This document shows, piece after piece, positions 29,051 to 32,000 of a stretch of DNA of 32,000 nt. Both the position numbers and the translations under genes were made by a program. Every line of letters begins with the position of its first letter. The first letter of the stretch is position 1. Origin of the DNA: Prochlorococcus marinus subsp. pastoris str. CCMP1986 (GTDB lineage Bacteria > Cyanobacteriota > Cyanobacteriia > PCC-6307 > Cyanobiaceae); assembly GCF_000011465.1 (NCBI RefSeq), contig NC_005072.1, positions 30,001-62,000 on the forward strand, given 5' to 3'. Below the pieces are notes generated by a model. It ran no database searches. It worked only from the letters and a program-made list of their open reading frames with translations, and was not told where the DNA came from.

Positions 29051-29413
29051 ATGAATCGATGGGTTTTACTCGAACATAAGATTCTTAGTAGTAAATTTAT
29101 TGATATTCACTATGATTTTCTTGTTGAAGATCAATTAGATTGTTTGACTTGGAAGTTTCACGAAATTCCATCACTAAATAAGGGTGTCATTAAAATAGTA
29201 AAACAACCAAATCATAGATTGGTGTGGCTTTCTAGGGTTGAATATCAACTTTCTAAGAATAGAGGTTTAGTAAAAAGAATTGATCATGGAATTTTCTCTA
29301 ATATTCCTCATAATCAAGACTCTCAAAAATTAAAAATTATATTGAATGGTAAATTGTTAAACGGTCTGTTCATAATTGATGGAAATTTTTGTCAATTAAC
29401 GAAAAACAATTAA
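29051..29413 (+). CDS. Hypothetical protein (120 aa)
   Basis: ORF MNRWVLLEHKILSSKFIDIHYDFLVEDQLDCLTWKFHEIPSLNKGVIKIVKQPNHRLVWLSRVEYQLSKNRGLVKRIDHG... with no competing ORF and globular composition. Confidence 0.75.
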   Translation: MNRWVLLEHKILSSKFIDIHYDFLVEDQLDCLTWKFHEIPSLNKGVIKIVKQPNHRLVWLSRVEYQLSKNRGLVKRIDHGIFSNIPHNQDSQKLKIILNGKLLNGLFIIDGNFCQLTKNN

Positions 29414-29495
29414 TTTGTTTTTAGAAATAATCTTAATAATTCTCTTGAGATTTTTTGAAAAGTAGCTATTCTTACTTAGCTATTGTGACTTGCGA

Positions 29496-32000
29496 TTGGT
29501 ATACATCAATCAGGTCGAGTTTGAAAATTTTAAATCTTTTGGAGGAAGTGTAAAAATTCCTCTTGAAGAAGGATTTACAGTGGTGACTGGTCCAAATGGA
29601 TCTGGGAAAAGTAATATTTTGGACGGAATTTTATTCTGTTTAGGTTTGGCAAATAGTAGAGGGATGAGAGCAGAAAGATTACCAGATTTAATAAATAATT
29701 CTAAAGTAAAAGAAGGTAAAGCTTCAGAAACATTTGTTTCCGTTAAATTCAATATTGAAGATTGGTCGCCAAGGGAAGATGTTCCACCTTTGGATTTAGA
29801 AGAAGATGATATCGCGCTTAATAGAGGTCAAAAAGAATGGATAGTTTCCAGGAAATTGCGGTTAATGCCTGGTGGATCTTATGCATCTACTTATACCTCT
29901 GACGGACGCCAGTGCACTTTACAACAAATACAGAGAGTTCTTAGAGATATAAGTGTTGATCCAGAAGGAAGTAATGTTGTGATGCAGGGAGATGTTACAA
30001 GAATAGTATCAATGAATAATAAAGAGAGGAGAACCCTGATTGATGAATTGGCAGGGGTAGCTCTTTTTGATAGCAGAATTGAACAAACACATTCAAAACT
30101 TAATGATGTTTTTGAAAGACAAGAAAGATGCGAGATTCTAGAAAACGAACTGCAATCTAGTAAAGTAAAGCTTGAAAAAGAATGTGAAAAAGCAAAAAAA
30201 TATAAAGAGTTGAAGGCAAAACTTTTTCATATTAAGGAGATTGAAAAAGTACTTTTATTCGATAAACAAGTTCAAAATATTGAATTAATTAAGAAAAAAG
30301 CTATTAACTTGGATAAGAGTAAGATTTTATTTAATCAACACAAAGAATCTCTTAGTAAAGAAATACAAGTATTGCAAGATGCAATGCAAATCATGATTGC
30401 AGAATTAAAAGAGAAAGGAGAAGATAACTTAATCAAAGTAAATTCTGATATTGGGAGTATAAATTCTAATTTAAGGGAATTAGAAAGAATAGCAGTTGTC
30501 AATAAAGAGGAGGGCATTAAACTTCAAGATCAACGCGATAAAATTGCAATATCTAAAAAAAGTACGGAGTTAGAAAAGAATCGACAAGAGGACTTTAATT
30601 ATAATTATCTAGAAAAATTGAACATCGAGATTCAAGATTTAACGTTAAAACACAAGCTATCTAGAAAAAAACTTTCTCATGCTGCAGGTGAATCAGGTGA
30701 ATTTTCAAAGCAAAGTATAAAGCTTAATAATGAGTTAGAAAATTTAAAATCTTTAGTACAACCTCTTGAATCTAGTAAAAGGAATATTGAAGAGGAAATT
30801 ATACAAATTAATATTCAAAGAGAAGAAATAGCATCTCAAAATGATCTTTTAAAGTTAGAAAAACAAAAACTATTAGAATTTAATCAAAATAATGAGAAAT
30901 CAACGGATATAAAAAATCGTAATTTGAGCAGTATTAGATCTGAAATTGATTCTTTAAAAATTGAAATAGATCTGTTAAATAAAACTAAACTAAGGCTAAA
31001 CAACGAACAATTAAGGCTTGAAAAGGATTTATCAAGATGTGAAAGCAGAAAAGAAGCTTTAAATGAAACCAGGGGATCATATGCATTAAGAATACTTTTA
31101 GAGGCAGGTTTAGATGGTATACATGGATATGTTGCTCAATTAGGTGCCGTCAGTGAAAAGCACAGGTATGCATTGGAAATTGCAGCTGGTAATAGACTTG
31201 GACAAATAGTTGTTGATAATGACACTATTGCTTCAAAAGCTATTGAAATTCTGAAAAAAAAGAAAGCAGGCAGATTAACCTTTATTCCACTTAATAGAAT
31301 TAAAACCTATAAAAAAAATTTCGCGCTTAAAAGATTTGAGAATTTTAAAGAGAATGGATTTTTAGATAAGGCTATTAATTTAATTGATTGTGATGATGTT
31401 TATGATGATGTTTTTAAATACGTTTTTGGAGATACAGTAGTCTTTTCAGATTTAGAGTCAGCGAAATCATCTAAACAAAAAATTAGAATGGTTACTTTGA
31501 GTGGAGAACTGTTAGAAGTGAGTGGTGCAATTACAGGTGGTAGTAAAGTTAATAAAGATCTTGCTTATAGGTTCGGAACCAATAATGATATTGACGAATC
31601 TCACCCCATAAAACAAAGATTATCTACAATTGTAGAAGCTTTAAAGAAATCAGATAATGATACTTTAAATAAAACTAACAACTTGAACAAACTGAATTTT
31701 AATCAAAGGGAAATATTAGAGGATTGCGTATCTTCTAATAAAGAAATTGAAGTAAATAATAATTCTATAAAAGTTTCTATGAAAAGAATTGATGATAACA
31801 ATTTGAGGCTTAATCAGCTTAAGTCTCAAAATAATTTATTAAATGATAAGTTGGATAACATTCGAAATGAAATAAAACCATTTAAAAAAAAGTTGGATGA
31901 CTTAGAGATGATCCTTAAAAAGAATTATGAAGATAATCAAACATCCTCTTTAATGACTCATAATAATGATTTCGAAAAGTTAGATAAAAAACTTGAATTA
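29496..32000 (+). CDS. smc: Chromosome segregation protein SMC (partial, 3' end beyond the window)
   Basis: Manual translation from TTG: MVYINQVEFENFKSFGGSVKIPLEEGFTVVTGPNGSGKSNILDGILFCLGLANSRGMRAERLPDLINNS (Walker A GPNGSGKSN). Later a hinge-like region GIHGYVAQLGAVSEKHRYALEIAAGNRLGQIVVDNDTIASKAIEIL. Coiled-coil on both sides. Open to the window end. Confidence 0.95.
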   Translation, partial: MVYINQVEFENFKSFGGSVKIPLEEGFTVVTGPNGSGKSNILDGILFCLGLANSRGMRAERLPDLINNSKVKEGKASETFVSVKFNIEDWSPREDVPPLDLEEDDIALNRGQKEWIVSRKLRLMPGGSYASTYTSDGRQCTLQQIQRVLRDISVDPEGSNVVMQGDVTRIVSMNNKERRTLIDELAGVALFDSRIEQTHSKLNDVFERQERCEILENELQSSKVKLEKECEKAKKYKELKAKLFHIKEIEKVLLFDKQVQNIELIKKKAINLDKSKILFNQHKESLSKEIQVLQDAMQIMIAELKEKGEDNLIKVNSDIGSINSNLRELERIAVVNKEEGIKLQDQRDKIAISKKSTELEKNRQEDFNYNYLEKLNIEIQDLTLKHKLSRKKLSHAAGESGEFSKQSIKLNNELENLKSLVQPLESSKRNIEEEIIQINIQREEIASQNDLLKLEKQKLLEFNQNNEKSTDIKNRNLSSIRSEIDSLKIEIDLLNKTKLRLNNEQLRLEKDLSRCESRKEALNETRGSYALRILLEAGLDGIHGYVAQLGAVSEKHRYALEIAAGNRLGQIVVDNDTIASKAIEILKKKKAGRLTFIPLNRIKTYKKNFALKRFENFKENGFLDKAINLIDCDDVYDDVFKYVFGDTVVFSDLESAKSSKQKIRMVTLSGELLEVSGAITGGSKVNKDLAYRFGTNNDIDESHPIKQRLSTIVEALKKSDNDTLNKTNNLNKLNFNQREILEDCVSSNKEIEVNNNSIKVSMKRIDDNNLRLNQLKSQNNLLNDKLDNIRNEIKPFKKKLDDLEMILKKNYEDNQTSSLMTHNNDFEKLDKKLEL

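Noticed and set aside
29510-30517. Two - strand ORFs (80 and 60 aa)
   Set aside because: Antisense within smc, whose Walker A and coiled-coil frame is clear.
1-32000. CRISPR arrays, long tandem repeats, transposon ends, tRNA genes other than the tmRNA
   Set aside because: Reading both strands by eye gave no regularly spaced repeats, transposase genes or cloverleaf tRNA sequences. A dedicated scan (minced, tRNAscan-SE, ISEScan) would be needed to be certain.

Overview
The window reads as a compact, AT-rich core chromosomal segment from a marine picocyanobacterium, most likely a Prochlorococcus (high-light type). That assignment rests on gene content, composition and the tmRNA tag ANKIVSFSRQTAPVAA; no database search was possible. 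Most of the sequence is housekeeping or metabolic genes: an epimerase-like protein (partial), an HNH endonuclease, an AbrB-type membrane protein, a class V aminotransferase, cbiD, guaA, a RecB/Cas4-like PD-(D/E)XK protein, PBP2 (mrdA), an FMN reductase with two flavodiiron proteins (flv1-like and flv3-like), alaS, speA, ndk, thiO, gatB, coaE, argJ, a ParA-type ATPase with a small overlapping membrane-protein gene, an aldo/keto reductase, a circularly permuted (two-piece) tmRNA, an RlmL-like methyltransferase, a YqjE/YqjD-like membrane pair, small ORFs, and the 5' part of smc. I see no CRISPR array, transposon, prophage or obvious defense island, and no clearly undescribed large system. The loci most worth a second look are: (1) the orphan ParA plus overlapping small transmembrane protein; (2) the DUF883/DUF1469-like (YqjD/YqjE-like) gene pair near the tmRNA and the rRNA-methyltransferase-like gene; (3) the compact permuted tmRNA, which contains a 12-bp palindrome; (4) the Cys-flanked orphan PD-(D/E)XK protein; (5) the flv3-flv1-flavin reductase cluster, where one partner has lost the di-iron ligand motif; and (6) an unannotated 45-aa membrane microprotein.
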